DNA of 35,349 nt, from positions 1-35,349 of the IMG/VR virus record IMGVR_UViG_3300045988_110070, one strand, 5' to 3'. The notes beneath the pieces were generated by a model, which was not told the origin of the DNA, searched no databases, and was given only the letters and a program-made list of their open reading frames with translations. The DNA comes from a virus. Made by a program: the position numbers and the translations under genes. Shown here piece by piece: positions 1 to 9,564 of the stretch (position 1 is its first letter; every line of letters starts with the position of its first letter).

Positions 1-55
1 GGACGCCCTTGAGACGACGGGGAAGGCGCTGTCCGGCATGTCCACGGACGACGCC
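1..55. repeat. Terminal direct repeat, copy 1 (identical to 35295..35349); assembly-style overlap indicating a circular or circularly permuted molecule
   Basis: Read directly: GGACGCCCTTGAGACGACGGGGAAGGCGCTGTCCGGCATGTCCACGGACGACGCC occurs at both window ends. The tape measure frame is continuous once the 55 bp are collapsed (codon starts 33574 and 56 are in phase). Confidence 0.9.
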
Positions 56-1594
56 GTAGCCCAGTTCAAGAAGTTGTCGTCCGAGATGACGAATGGCACG
101 AACAAGTCGATGATCGACTTGATCAACTCCATGCCCGATTTCAAGGCGCACCTTAATGAGGTCGCCAAGCAGATGGGGCTGACAGCGGACGACAACACGC
201 GTCTCGCTATTGCGCTGGGGCAGATCGACCCGAACGCCCAGCAGGCGGCCGGGGGCACGTCCCAGCTGGACGCCGCCATCCGCAAAGCGAAGGAGGGCAC
301 CGACCAGATCGTGCCGTCCATCGAGGAGGTCATCAAGGGAATCAAAACGTACGGCGATACCGTCATCGCGAACTCGAACGCGGATATCAAGTTCCAGGAA
401 GCGCTGAAGAACGTCAATGACGCCGTCAAAGAAAACGGTGCCACACTGGATATCACTACGGAGAGCGGCCGGAAGAATCAGTCCGCCCTGAACGACTTGG
501 CGTCTGCCACGTTCGCGCAGGTCCAGGCCGCGCAGGCCGCTGGTGCCGGCCAGGATGAGCTGCAGTCCAAAATGCAGACCGGTCGGGACGCGTTCATTGC
601 GGCGGCGGAGTCCATGGGGCTCACGGAGGACGAGGCGGTCGAGCTCGCCGATAAGTACGGGCTGATCCCCGAGAAGATCAATACCGAGGTTACAGCTGAC
701 ACGTCGCAGGCGACCGAGGCCGCTAATGGCGCGACGGCCGAGATCGACGGCATGACTGGGACCATCAGTATTTCCGGTGACGCCGCGAAAGCCGACTACA
801 CGCTGACCGTGACGGCCGACTCTATTAACGGCACGACTGGCGTGGTCGAAATCGACGCTGACAATGATCAGGGACTGGCCGGCCTGCAGGAGACTGTGCA
901 GACGATCGACAACTCAGATGGCACGGTGTCCATTCTGGGTGACGCTACCGGGGCCCGGTGGGAGAAGGACTCCGTCCACACTGAGATCGACAACACCACC
1001 GGGACGGTGACGATCTCGGGTAACGACCAGGCGTCCGGGAAGGTGCGCACTGTTAAGTACAACATCGACCAGCTCCACGACAAGGAGATCTCGATAACCA
1101 CCCGGATCAAGCAGATTTTCACGAGTGTCGGACATTGGATCGGCGATCACTGGCCGAAAGGCTCTTGGTTGCGGGCGGACGGCGGCCCCATCACCCCGAT
1201 CAAGGGGTACGCGAACGCCGGCGCTGTGCACGGCCCCGGCGGTGGACGCGACGACTGGATTCCGGCCTGGCTGTCCAACGGGGAGCACGTCCTCACCGCC
1301 GCGGAAGTTGCCGCGGCCGGCGGTCAGGATGCCGTGTACCGCCTGCGGAAGATGATCCGCGACGGCGACATACGCAACTACATGGAGGCGAGGCGCTTCG
1401 CTGACGGGGGCGCCCTGTCGGCGTCCTCGCCGTCCATCGCCGGTGGGGGCGGCGTGTCCGTGAAGCAGCTCCGCAAAGCCATGGACGGGATGAACCTGGA
1501 GCTGACCGTGGACGGGCAGACCACCCTGACCACTAGGATGAAGTCCGTCGCAGACGGGCGCATCGTCACCGCTAACAGGATGATGGGAAGATGA
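1..1594 (+). CDS. Tail tape measure protein, C-terminal part (continues 33574..35349 through the circular junction; joined product 1104 aa)
   Basis: The frame is open from the window start with no upstream stop; stop TGA at 1592..1594. Four copies of a TG(T/V)xxIxGD-like motif (TGTISISGD, TGVVEIDAD, DGTVSILGD, TGTVTISGN). GPGGGRDDWIPAWLSNGEHVLTA resembles a motif common near TMP C-termini. Sits between the chaperones and the tail tip genes. Confidence 0.9.
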   Translation, partial: DALETTGKALSGMSTDDAVAQFKKLSSEMTNGTNKSMIDLINSMPDFKAHLNEVAKQMGLTADDNTRLAIALGQIDPNAQQAAGGTSQLDAAIRKAKEGTDQIVPSIEEVIKGIKTYGDTVIANSNADIKFQEALKNVNDAVKENGATLDITTESGRKNQSALNDLASATFAQVQAAQAAGAGQDELQSKMQTGRDAFIAAAESMGLTEDEAVELADKYGLIPEKINTEVTADTSQATEAANGATAEIDGMTGTISISGDAAKADYTLTVTADSINGTTGVVEIDADNDQGLAGLQETVQTIDNSDGTVSILGDATGARWEKDSVHTEIDNTTGTVTISGNDQASGKVRTVKYNIDQLHDKEISITTRIKQIFTSVGHWIGDHWPKGSWLRADGGPITPIKGYANAGAVHGPGGGRDDWIPAWLSNGEHVLTAAEVAAAGGQDAVYRLRKMIRDGDIRNYMEARRFADGGALSASSPSIAGGGGVSVKQLRKAMDGMNLELTVDGQTTLTTRMKSVADGRIVTANRMMGR

Positions 1595-1598
1595 CCGC

Positions 1599-2882
1599 AT
1601 GGCAACGATGAAAGCTTTCACGGCCCGGCACACGGGAATGCTGTCTCTGCAGCCGAACCCGTCCCCCGAAGGGGCGGCCGCGCTGCCTGTGTACGTGAAG
1701 TCGGACGGCAACCGGGTGCTCATCTGGCATCCCACTGACTCCGAGTGCATCAGCGACCCGCTGGCGCCGATCGGCGAGGAGACCACGTACACGCAGGTCG
1801 GCGCGTCGAACACGACCGCGGTGCGCACGTCCATCGGGGCGGACATCATCTCCGACGAGACCGGCCACGTCGCCGTCAAAGGGCGCATCGTTGAGGCGAA
1901 TGAGGAGTCGTTCTCCGCCGGCCTGACGACCTTGTCCACGTCAGCCGGGACCCTTGACAGGTGGGGGCAGTCCGCGGAGCCGCTGTCGTACACGATCACC
2001 TACCGGACGAAGGGTCGCGCCGATTACGAGACGCTCCGCGCGCTCACGCAGCGCCCCGGCTACCTCGTGGTCGCTCACGATGGCGACGCCTGCCGGATTC
2101 CGTCGTGCACGATCCGCCCGATCCGGGTTGTGGCCGTGCAGAAAGCGACCGCGCAACAGACTGAATCGCGTCTGGCCGGCACCGTCCAGTGGGAGCTGTC
2201 CGTGACGGAACGACCCGCGGAGATGGTCCGCCACACGGAGCAGTGGCTCGGCATGTACGGCACTCGGATGGGTTCGTGGGCGCCGTGCGTCACCTGGGGT
2301 GAATGGCTGGACTGGGAGGCGAAGCTTGCCTCCGGCGACGTGAAACGGAGCATCACCTACCTGTGGGGCGGCGCCACGCATCCGGAGGACGACAAGCTGC
2401 TCGGCGGTGACATCTCGGAGAATTGGTCGCCGCATGGTCGGCCGACCCGCGGTGGCGGCGTTCGTACTGTCACTCCAACGGCAGGCGTGTCCAGCTTCCG
2501 GCAGGTGCCGGTCGGCCACACCGTAGAAGTGTCCGCCTATGTGCGACGCATCGGCAGTGACCCTGACCTGTCGAACGTGTCGCTTGGTCTGTGGCGGTCG
2601 GACGGCCTCGGAGCCAAGTCGACGAAACGCAGCTTCGACCATCCGGACAAGCAGACGTACGGGAACCCCGACGCGAACAGGTGGGTACTCATGAAAGCGA
2701 TAACCGTGATCCGGGCTGGCGCGGACTGGATCGCCCCGTGCTTGCTGCTCGACGGCGACCCGCTGCCGACAGTCGAGTTCGCCGAGGTCGGCGTTGCGGA
2801 CCTGTCTTTGTCGGACATTCCGGACATCACCTCGCGCACGTACGACGACGTGTGCCGCTTTGTGGCGGGGATGCCGTCATGA
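1599..2882 (+). CDS. Minor tail protein in the distal tail (Dit) position
   Basis: 427-aa ORF starting 4 nt after the TMP stop, with GGGAAG upstream. Function assigned by synteny only (first gene after the TMP in siphoviruses). Confidence 0.65.
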   Translation: MATMKAFTARHTGMLSLQPNPSPEGAAALPVYVKSDGNRVLIWHPTDSECISDPLAPIGEETTYTQVGASNTTAVRTSIGADIISDETGHVAVKGRIVEANEESFSAGLTTLSTSAGTLDRWGQSAEPLSYTITYRTKGRADYETLRALTQRPGYLVVAHDGDACRIPSCTIRPIRVVAVQKATAQQTESRLAGTVQWELSVTERPAEMVRHTEQWLGMYGTRMGSWAPCVTWGEWLDWEAKLASGDVKRSITYLWGGATHPEDDKLLGGDISENWSPHGRPTRGGGVRTVTPTAGVSSFRQVPVGHTVEVSAYVRRIGSDPDLSNVSLGLWRSDGLGAKSTKRSFDHPDKQTYGNPDANRWVLMKAITVIRAGADWIAPCLLLDGDPLPTVEFAEVGVADLSLSDIPDITSRTYDDVCRFVAGMPS

Positions 2883-4222
2883 GGCCCGGCCCTTCCTTGT
2901 TCGATATGGCCCGGCCGGCCCGGTGGCGCGTCCGCGTGGACGTCCGCTACGGCGGGAAGATCGAGTGGCGGGACCTGCCCGCGTACAACGTGCAACTGGA
3001 CTGGGGGAAGCTCGGCACGAAGGCGGACTCGAACCCGACCGCGCCGGCGCGGCTGACGTTGAACGCGCCCCGTCAGCTGGCGGCGAAGGACCCGACGGAT
3101 CCGTTGGCGAACTACGGGCAGGAGCTGTGCCCCGTTCTGGAGGTGCGTCCCCGCGAGGGCGACGGGTGGGATATCCCGTTCGGGCATTTCCGGATCACGG
3201 ACTCCCCGGCGAACCCGGAGGAGGCGACCGTGCAGGCCAAGGACATGTTGTTGGACTTGGAGGAGAACCCGCTGCCGTTTCCGCACTCGCCCTGGTTGGG
3301 GGGGACTCTGCTGTCGGAGATGCGCCGACTGAACCCGGTCCCGGAGCACACGTACATTTGGGTCGACCCGAAGGTGCGGAACGTCGCGCCGATGGCGTCC
3401 TTGCAGATGCCGCCGAACCGGCTGGCGTCAGTGATCATGCTGGCTGACTCGTGCGGCGCTGACGTGCGCATGGGTTACGGCGGGAAGATCGAGGCGTACG
3501 CGCGGCGGGAGAACTGGCAGGCCCCGGATGAGACGTATCCGCTGGCGTCCGGGCTGCTCGTGGACGCCCAGCGGACGGAAGACCCGTCGGGCCGGCTGCC
3601 GAACATGATCGAGATCAACGCGAAGGGGGACGGCACGAAGTCGTACTCCCTGTCCGGGAACAAGTCGTGGGCGGACGCGATCAAACGGTCCGACCATGAC
3701 ACTGAGGTCGACGAGGCCCTGAACCTGCTGTGGGAGAGTAAGCCCACGACGTCCGCGTGGGGGCAGAAGGACGAGCTGTACCAGAACGCGAAGAACACGG
3801 CTTGGCAGTGGCGGCACAACCTGTGGCCGGGTTGGGAGCGCGAGGTCGACGACAAGGGGAAGACGACCGGGTGGAAGTCGAACTACACGTACGACTTCCA
3901 TATCGGGATGCAGTACTTCGGCGCCCCGTACGACCCGAAGCACTACGGTCGGGTAACGAAGGTCACGGACTTGTCGTCTGATAAGTCGTGGTCGAAGATG
4001 GTGGAACAGGCCAACAACGACGCGTTCCATGCCCGCGACCGGCTGCCGTCCTGGAAAGTGGAGATGGCGTTCGACCCTCGCATCGAGATCGGCGACCTCC
4101 TCGCCTTCGAAATCCGGGAGGGCGAGTGGATTGCTATCATTGTCACGAGCTACTCGTGCTCGCTGTCTGACGTGTCTCGCACGATGACGGTGATCGGACG
4201 GGAGGCTCGCCGCCACCTGTGA
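2879..4222 (+). CDS. Minor tail protein in the Tal (tail-associated) position
   Basis: Start chosen at ATG 2879, which forms an ATGA overlap with the upstream stop (2880..2882); this trims the 2591 ORF-track start. 447 aa. Function by synteny. Confidence 0.65.
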   Translation: MRPGPSLFDMARPARWRVRVDVRYGGKIEWRDLPAYNVQLDWGKLGTKADSNPTAPARLTLNAPRQLAAKDPTDPLANYGQELCPVLEVRPREGDGWDIPFGHFRITDSPANPEEATVQAKDMLLDLEENPLPFPHSPWLGGTLLSEMRRLNPVPEHTYIWVDPKVRNVAPMASLQMPPNRLASVIMLADSCGADVRMGYGGKIEAYARRENWQAPDETYPLASGLLVDAQRTEDPSGRLPNMIEINAKGDGTKSYSLSGNKSWADAIKRSDHDTEVDEALNLLWESKPTTSAWGQKDELYQNAKNTAWQWRHNLWPGWEREVDDKGKTTGWKSNYTYDFHIGMQYFGAPYDPKHYGRVTKVTDLSSDKSWSKMVEQANNDAFHARDRLPSWKVEMAFDPRIEIGDLLAFEIREGEWIAIIVTSYSCSLSDVSRTMTVIGREARRHL

Positions 4223-4235
4223 AGGAGGAGACCGC

Positions 4236-7200
4236 ATGAGTGATAGCAGCCTGTACCTGGCGCTCCGTGAGGGCAGCCAGGCGTCTCAGAGGCGCGACGC
4301 GACGATCCGCTGGGTGAAGGGCCGCGTTGTTGACACGTCGAAAACCGACCCCACGCTGCCCGTCGGATGGGTGCGCGTCGGCATGCCGTATGACAAGCCC
4401 GAGACGTACGTGGCCGGCGAGACGCCCGGCCTGTACACGTGGCAAGGGGCCATGGTTACCGTCCGTCTGCACCCGGACGGGACGTTGCTGGCGATCACTG
4501 ACGGGCAGGACGAGCCCGGTGACGAGCGCACCCAGGTTGAGCGGCTGGGGCCGGCCGGCCGGGAGATCGCGGAGGCGATGGACAACGCCGTCGACGCGAA
4601 GAAAGCCGCCGCAGAGGTGAAGGAACGCGCGGACGCTGCGGCGAAGGATGCGGCTGCTGCTGCCCGTGACGCGACAACGGCGCGAGCGAAAGCCGAGGCC
4701 GCCGCCGCGAGCGTAGGCGCCGTGCAGGACAGCGTGAATGGTCTGGACGGGCGTATCACCGCCGCGGACAAGGCCGCGAAGGACGCGTCCTCGGCGGCGG
4801 ACGCCGCGAAGGCCACCGCTCAGCAAGCCGCCGAAACAGCGAAGCGTGCTGAGGATGCGATCAAGAACTCCGGCGATAACGCGAGGGCTGTGGCTCTCGC
4901 TGAGGAGGCGAAGTCTCTGGCGCAGGCCGCGCAGACTCTCGCCGGTCAGGCGAACGCGAAAGCGCGGGACGCCGCGGACGCCGCGCAGACCGCGACGCAG
5001 AAAGCCGCGGACGCTGACACGGCGGCGAAGAAAGCTGATGCTAACGCGTCGGCGGTGAAGGCGGCCGCGGACGGGGCGCAAGCCACCGCGAAGGCGGCCC
5101 AGGCCGACGCTCAGAAGGCGCAAGCCGACTACTCGGCGCTGAAAGCGAAGCAGGACGCGTCCGCGGCTGACATTCTGGCTGCGAAGCAGAAGGCTGATGG
5201 TGCTGCCGCCGCCGCGCAGGGGGCGGCTGAGAAGGCCGACAAGGCGGCAGCGGACGCTTTGGGGGCTCGCAACGCCGCCGACCAGGCGACCGCGAAAATG
5301 TCCTCCTTGGACGGGAAGGTGACGATCGGCGCCCGTGCCCCGCTGCCGGATGACGGCCGAGGCAAGGTCGCCGGGTCGCTGTGGTGGGTGCAGGGCGCTG
5401 ACGGGAAGCTCGGCCAGGCGTTCACGTGGAACGGCACCGTGTGGCGGCTCAGCCAGGCGGGCACGAACTTCATCGGCGACAAGGCGATCGGCTCGGCGCA
5501 GATCGGTGATGCTGCGATCGGGTCCGCGCAGATCGCCGACGCGTCTATCACTGACGCGAAGATCGGCGGGTTGTCGGTGTCGAAGCTGCTGGTGACCGGC
5601 GGGGCGAAGATGCCGCAGGCTGTGATCGATGTGATCACGTCTGATTCTGCGTTCCTGGGGGCGGTGGCTGCGCATTCCGTGTCGGTGGACCCGGAGAACA
5701 TGATGCGGGAGCCGCTGTTCGCGTCTTCGCCGTCGTCGGTGTGGACGGTGTCGGACGTGAACGCGGTGACGTTGGCGGCCGCCGTGTCCGGCGCCCCGGG
5801 CGGGTTGACGACCGGCGTCCGGTTCGTCAACCCGGCCGGTGCGAAGGTGTGGGCGCAGGCGACGCAGAAGATCACGTTCCCCGCGGGGAAGCGTTGGGTG
5901 TTCCGGATGACGTACCGGTACAACTCCGGCAACGCCGGCGCGCTTGTGGCGACTGCCGCGGCGAAGGAAATCTGCCGGCCCGTGTACAAGGCCAACGATT
6001 ACGGCTGGCGGACTGAGGAGTGGTCGTGGACGCCGGACGCCGGCGCCGCGTCGACCATGTTCCAACTGTCGGCTACGGCGGGCTGCCGCGCCGAGGTTGC
6101 TTTTGTGTCGTTGACGGAGGCTGTGGGTGCTACGAAGCTCGCACCGGGCAGTGTCACGTCGGATGCGGTCTACGCCTCCAAGGAGCTGTGGGCGAAGCTC
6201 GCCGCGTTCGCGTCCGTGACCACGGACATGCTGACCGCGGGCAAGGCGACCATTACCGGCTCGGCAGTGGTCGGCGAGCTGAAGGGCAACAAGATATGGG
6301 GGTCGCAGATCATCGGGGCGTCGCTGTCCACGTTCCTGGAGTCCGCCGAGGCGGTCAACAAGAAGAATCCCCGGTGGAACGCGTCCGACGGGGACACGGC
6401 CGAATACATCGACCAGTGGATAGACCTGTCGGCGACGTGGGTGGACCAGTACAGCACCGACAGTGATGGCAAGTGCACGATTGAATCCGCCAAGCCGCGG
6501 GAGGTGCACGGGAGGTTCAAGTCGGACTTGGATTTCTCGTACGGCGCTTGCTGGGAGATCAACTTCACCCTTCCGGACGGTAACGTGTTCGACCCGGTGC
6601 TTTCATTCAAGGCGTACCACTGGGACGAAGTTAATCGCAGGGACGGGAACACTGAGCTGCAGTTCAACTTGCTGCGCGACGGGAAGTTCATGGCCAGGGA
6701 CAGGTCGATCCACGGCTACCAGCACATCTGGCTCGGCCAGTGGCCGGCGGAGCGGACCGGGACCCGCGAGTACTTCCTCCGGATCTTCCCTTTGTACTCC
6801 CCGACGAACATGTACATCGAGAACATGAAGCTGTCGTACCGGCGGGGGTTCGACACCACGGCCGTGAACATGAGTAACGGCTCTTTGACTCTCCGGCGTG
6901 TGGACGTGGGCGCGAACCGGTCGAACCGGCTGACGATGGCTGTCGGAGGCCTGTACGCGTCTCAGACGGATTCGCTCGAGTACCAGAAGCCCTTGCGCAC
7001 ACTGGTTATGCCGCCGCACTTCATCGGCACTTCCGACCAGGTCCGTCACTTGTCGTGGAAAGGCGACAACTGGCAGTGGTGGCCGGGGAAGTTGAACAAT
7101 CCCAGGACGTGGCTGCAGATCGACGCTCAGGATTGGTGGACGGACGATCAGGGCATCCCATCCACCTACTACAACGGCCTGTATTGGGTCGCGGCGACAG

Positions 7201-7472
7201 CGTATGTCGACAACACGTACGCGTCCAAGTGGGTGACCGCGTCGTTGCAGCTGTCCCCGTCGTACAACTGGAACCTGGCGGTTGGTGGCACTGCCGTGGC
7301 GGAGCCGGGGGCGACAGGGATAGCCGTGTCCTGCGCGGGGATGATGCAGCTGCGAACGTCGAGCAAGCTGGCCTGGAGGTTCGCGATCAAGTCTCCTGGC
7401 GCGGACGACGGCGCTTTGGGGAACTTGATCTTCAGGCGCTTCCGCCTGTCAGCCATGTACGTCACGAACTGA
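4236..7472 (+). CDS. Large minor tail protein / tail fibre (1078 aa) with an Ala-rich coiled-coil stalk and a C-terminal globular region
   Basis: RBS AGGAGGAG upstream of ATG 4236. About 250 aa of A/K/D/Q heptad-like repeats (AAKDAAAAARDATTARAKAEAAAAS...). Then IGDKAIGSAQIGDAAIGSAQIADASITDAKIGGLSVSKL repeats, which resemble those seen in actinophage minor tail proteins. Confidence 0.8.
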   Translation: MSDSSLYLALREGSQASQRRDATIRWVKGRVVDTSKTDPTLPVGWVRVGMPYDKPETYVAGETPGLYTWQGAMVTVRLHPDGTLLAITDGQDEPGDERTQVERLGPAGREIAEAMDNAVDAKKAAAEVKERADAAAKDAAAAARDATTARAKAEAAAASVGAVQDSVNGLDGRITAADKAAKDASSAADAAKATAQQAAETAKRAEDAIKNSGDNARAVALAEEAKSLAQAAQTLAGQANAKARDAADAAQTATQKAADADTAAKKADANASAVKAAADGAQATAKAAQADAQKAQADYSALKAKQDASAADILAAKQKADGAAAAAQGAAEKADKAAADALGARNAADQATAKMSSLDGKVTIGARAPLPDDGRGKVAGSLWWVQGADGKLGQAFTWNGTVWRLSQAGTNFIGDKAIGSAQIGDAAIGSAQIADASITDAKIGGLSVSKLLVTGGAKMPQAVIDVITSDSAFLGAVAAHSVSVDPENMMREPLFASSPSSVWTVSDVNAVTLAAAVSGAPGGLTTGVRFVNPAGAKVWAQATQKITFPAGKRWVFRMTYRYNSGNAGALVATAAAKEICRPVYKANDYGWRTEEWSWTPDAGAASTMFQLSATAGCRAEVAFVSLTEAVGATKLAPGSVTSDAVYASKELWAKLAAFASVTTDMLTAGKATITGSAVVGELKGNKIWGSQIIGASLSTFLESAEAVNKKNPRWNASDGDTAEYIDQWIDLSATWVDQYSTDSDGKCTIESAKPREVHGRFKSDLDFSYGACWEINFTLPDGNVFDPVLSFKAYHWDEVNRRDGNTELQFNLLRDGKFMARDRSIHGYQHIWLGQWPAERTGTREYFLRIFPLYSPTNMYIENMKLSYRRGFDTTAVNMSNGSLTLRRVDVGANRSNRLTMAVGGLYASQTDSLEYQKPLRTLVMPPHFIGTSDQVRHLSWKGDNWQWWPGKLNNPRTWLQIDAQDWWTDDQGIPSTYYNGLYWVAATAYVDNTYASKWVTASLQLSPSYNWNLAVGGTAVAEPGATGIAVSCAGMMQLRTSSKLAWRFAIKSPGADDGALGNLIFRRFRLSAMYVTN

Positions 7473-7485
7473 GTAGGATGAGACT

Positions 7486-8175
7486 ATGAGTACTACGCGT
7501 TGGGATGGGGCGAAGGTCCCCACCGCATCCGATCCGATCCTGTCCGCGTGGGGCGACTACGCCGACTCGGTTGGCACGTTCATCCGGTGCGCGTCGCAGG
7601 CGGAGGCGCAGGCCCGCCTGTCGCAGGCGCCGGCCGGTGTCGTGTCCGCCGCGCACCCGGCCATGTTCCTGATCGCCGGCGTCCTGTACTCGGCGGACGG
7701 GACCAGGTCGGGCAACCAGTACGTGCTGCAGCCGGTGGCCGGGTTCTGCGATGTGCTGGTCGACAAGACTGACGCGTCCAATGGGCGCGGCCGGCCGACG
7801 TCCGACCATACGACGCGCAGGTGGGCGGAGACCGGTTTCAACCTTCCGATCCGCTCGCTGTTGGAGTTCAGCCTGGACGTGTGCGTCAGTATCGTCCACT
7901 CCGATTTCGCGTCGGAGGCCGACAAGGACAAGGCGAACGGAAGCTACTACTTCGGGTTCATCCTGGACAATGCGGGCCTGTGGCAGACGGAGATTCAGTA
8001 CAACCGGACGTTCATGACCCACCACCTGTCGTGGAAGCAAGAGGTGGCCGCTGGCACGCACACGGCCGCGTACTCGACGTGTGGGTCGTACGGGACTGAC
8101 CCGTTCTGGCACTACGACGGCGGCGTGTACCCGGGTACCCGGTTCCGGGTTATCAGTCTCGGCGCCGCCCGCTGA
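7486..8175 (+). CDS. Hypothetical structural (minor tail module) protein
   Basis: 229-aa ORF with AGGATGAG RBS-like sequence 5 nt upstream. Position is inside the tail module; no motif recognised. Confidence 0.6.
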   Translation: MSTTRWDGAKVPTASDPILSAWGDYADSVGTFIRCASQAEAQARLSQAPAGVVSAAHPAMFLIAGVLYSADGTRSGNQYVLQPVAGFCDVLVDKTDASNGRGRPTSDHTTRRWAETGFNLPIRSLLEFSLDVCVSIVHSDFASEADKDKANGSYYFGFILDNAGLWQTEIQYNRTFMTHHLSWKQEVAAGTHTAAYSTCGSYGTDPFWHYDGGVYPGTRFRVISLGAAR

Positions 8176-8185
8176 CAGTCGTCCC

Positions 8186-8227
8186 GTTACCTGCCGTGCC
8201 CGTGAGATCATGGGTGCGGCAGGTAAC
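8186..8227 (+). terminator. Stem-loop between the tail module and the glycoside hydrolase gene (terminator or attenuator-like; no U-tract)
   Basis: Perfect 11-bp arms GTTACCTGCCG (8186..8196) and CGGCAGGTAAC (8217..8227). The 20-nt loop can itself partly pair (CCCGTGA/TCATGGG). Confidence 0.35.
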
Positions 8228-8253
8228 TACTACCCCACAAAGGAGCGTTTCTT

Positions 8254-9564
8254 ATGGCCACTATGGGGCCGACAGCGGAGAGGAAGCGGCGCGCCGAGGC
8301 GCTGCGAGGGTGCGTGATCGCGTCTGCGAACGGGGCGCCGGACGGGAGACTATGGGCGCAGCGCGCCCGCCAGTTGGGTGTCACTCACATGCGGATCACA
8401 GACCTGTTTGGTGACAGCACCGCGCAGGCGCTGCGCAACGGCGGCGACAAGCTCGGCGAGCTGGACTCGAAGGTGCGGTGGGCTCGTGATGCAAACGTCC
8501 GGTTCTGGCTGGACTTGTCCTATGTGCGGAACCTGTTCATCAAGGAGAAAGTGAACCCCTACTTCCTGGGGTGGCAGGACTGGTGTCCTTACTTCCGTGA
8601 GGTCCTGTGGCGGAACTTCCCTGACACGGGCATCCCCTACCAGGACTACCCGACAATGGATTGCGTTGCCCTGGCCGGCGAGCCGATGGTCCTGTGGGGC
8701 AACGACAACCCTGCGCAGCAGGCCGGGTCGGCGGACCAGTACGTGTGGTCGCTGCTGCAGCAGGTGGAGGCTGTGCGCCGTCTCGGCTACGACGGCCCTG
8801 TCGCGGCCGGCGGGTTCATTCACCTGGGGGATGACGGTCGTGGACGGGACGCGCACGGCGACCTGTTCGACCAGGTGGCGCGCCTCCCCGAGGTGGACGT
8901 GTTCACTACCCACGGGTACGACAACCCGACTGGCGATGCGTTCCGGAATCTCGCTCGGATCGCGACGCAGGCGGGGAAGCCGTTCATCTTGGAGGAGGTC
9001 GGCTTTAACGACAAGATGGACGATGCGAAAGCCGCGAAGCTGGCCGCGTTCGCGCAAGTGGCGTTCACGTCTGGGCTGAACGGTGTCGGCCTGTGGAACA
9101 TTGGCCAGTACGGCGACTTTGATGTCCGTCCGGACGCCGGCCCGAAGTCTGCCGCCGCATGGCTGCAGGTGGTTGACGCGGTGAACGGACGTCGGCCGGC
9201 CGGGTCGGGTGGTGGTTCTCCCGCGCCGACGCCTGCCCCTGAGTGGACGTCGTTCTCCGGCGACATGACCCCCGGAGACACGTTCATCGCGGCCCTGGCC
9301 GGTCGCGCCCTTTGTGTGGGGCCTCGGTCGGAGTGGGGGACGGTGACTCTGCCGTCTGTTGGGCAGAAGCGTGTCGCGACTATCCCGGCCGCGGTTCTGG
9401 GCGATGCGAAACCGCAGCGCACCTGCTACCCGCTCCTGAAGACTGACGGGACGTCGGACGGGGCGACCGTTGAGGTGTGGCCGAACAAGACAGTGATCGC
9501 GAACATCCCCGCAGGCGGCGGCGGGAAGCGGGTCATGCCGATGATGTACGCCCCGTTGGCGTGA
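8254..9564 (+). CDS. Clan GH-A (GH5-like, TIM-barrel) glycoside hydrolase with a Gly/Pro linker and a C-terminal beta-rich domain; putative polysaccharide depolymerase
   Basis: RBS AAAGGAG 8 nt upstream of ATG 8254. The ordered motifs match the clan GH-A signature: ALAGEP (acid/base Glu, but GE instead of NE), TTHGYD, FILEEVGF (nucleophile Glu), GLWNIG. Linker is RRPAGSGGGSPAPTPAPEW. Motif reading only. Confidence 0.5.
   Translation: MATMGPTAERKRRAEALRGCVIASANGAPDGRLWAQRARQLGVTHMRITDLFGDSTAQALRNGGDKLGELDSKVRWARDANVRFWLDLSYVRNLFIKEKVNPYFLGWQDWCPYFREVLWRNFPDTGIPYQDYPTMDCVALAGEPMVLWGNDNPAQQAGSADQYVWSLLQQVEAVRRLGYDGPVAAGGFIHLGDDGRGRDAHGDLFDQVARLPEVDVFTTHGYDNPTGDAFRNLARIATQAGKPFILEEVGFNDKMDDAKAAKLAAFAQVAFTSGLNGVGLWNIGQYGDFDVRPDAGPKSAAAWLQVVDAVNGRRPAGSGGGSPAPTPAPEWTSFSGDMTPGDTFIAALAGRALCVGPRSEWGTVTLPSVGQKRVATIPAAVLGDAKPQRTCYPLLKTDGTSDGATVEVWPNKTVIANIPAGGGGKRVMPMMYAPLA

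Noticed and set aside
4143-6509. 788-aa minus-strand ORF antisense to the fibre gene. Similar long antisense ORFs occur at 914..1999, 2537..3349, 3428..4237, 18902..20473, 22452..24386, 25967..27091, 27317..28294, 28751..30073, 31766..32782, 32499..34037 and 33391..35223.
   Set aside because: These are typical high-GC shadow frames. They are Arg/Gly/Pro-rich and low-complexity, lack an RBS, and lie antisense to genes with clear motifs and operon coupling.
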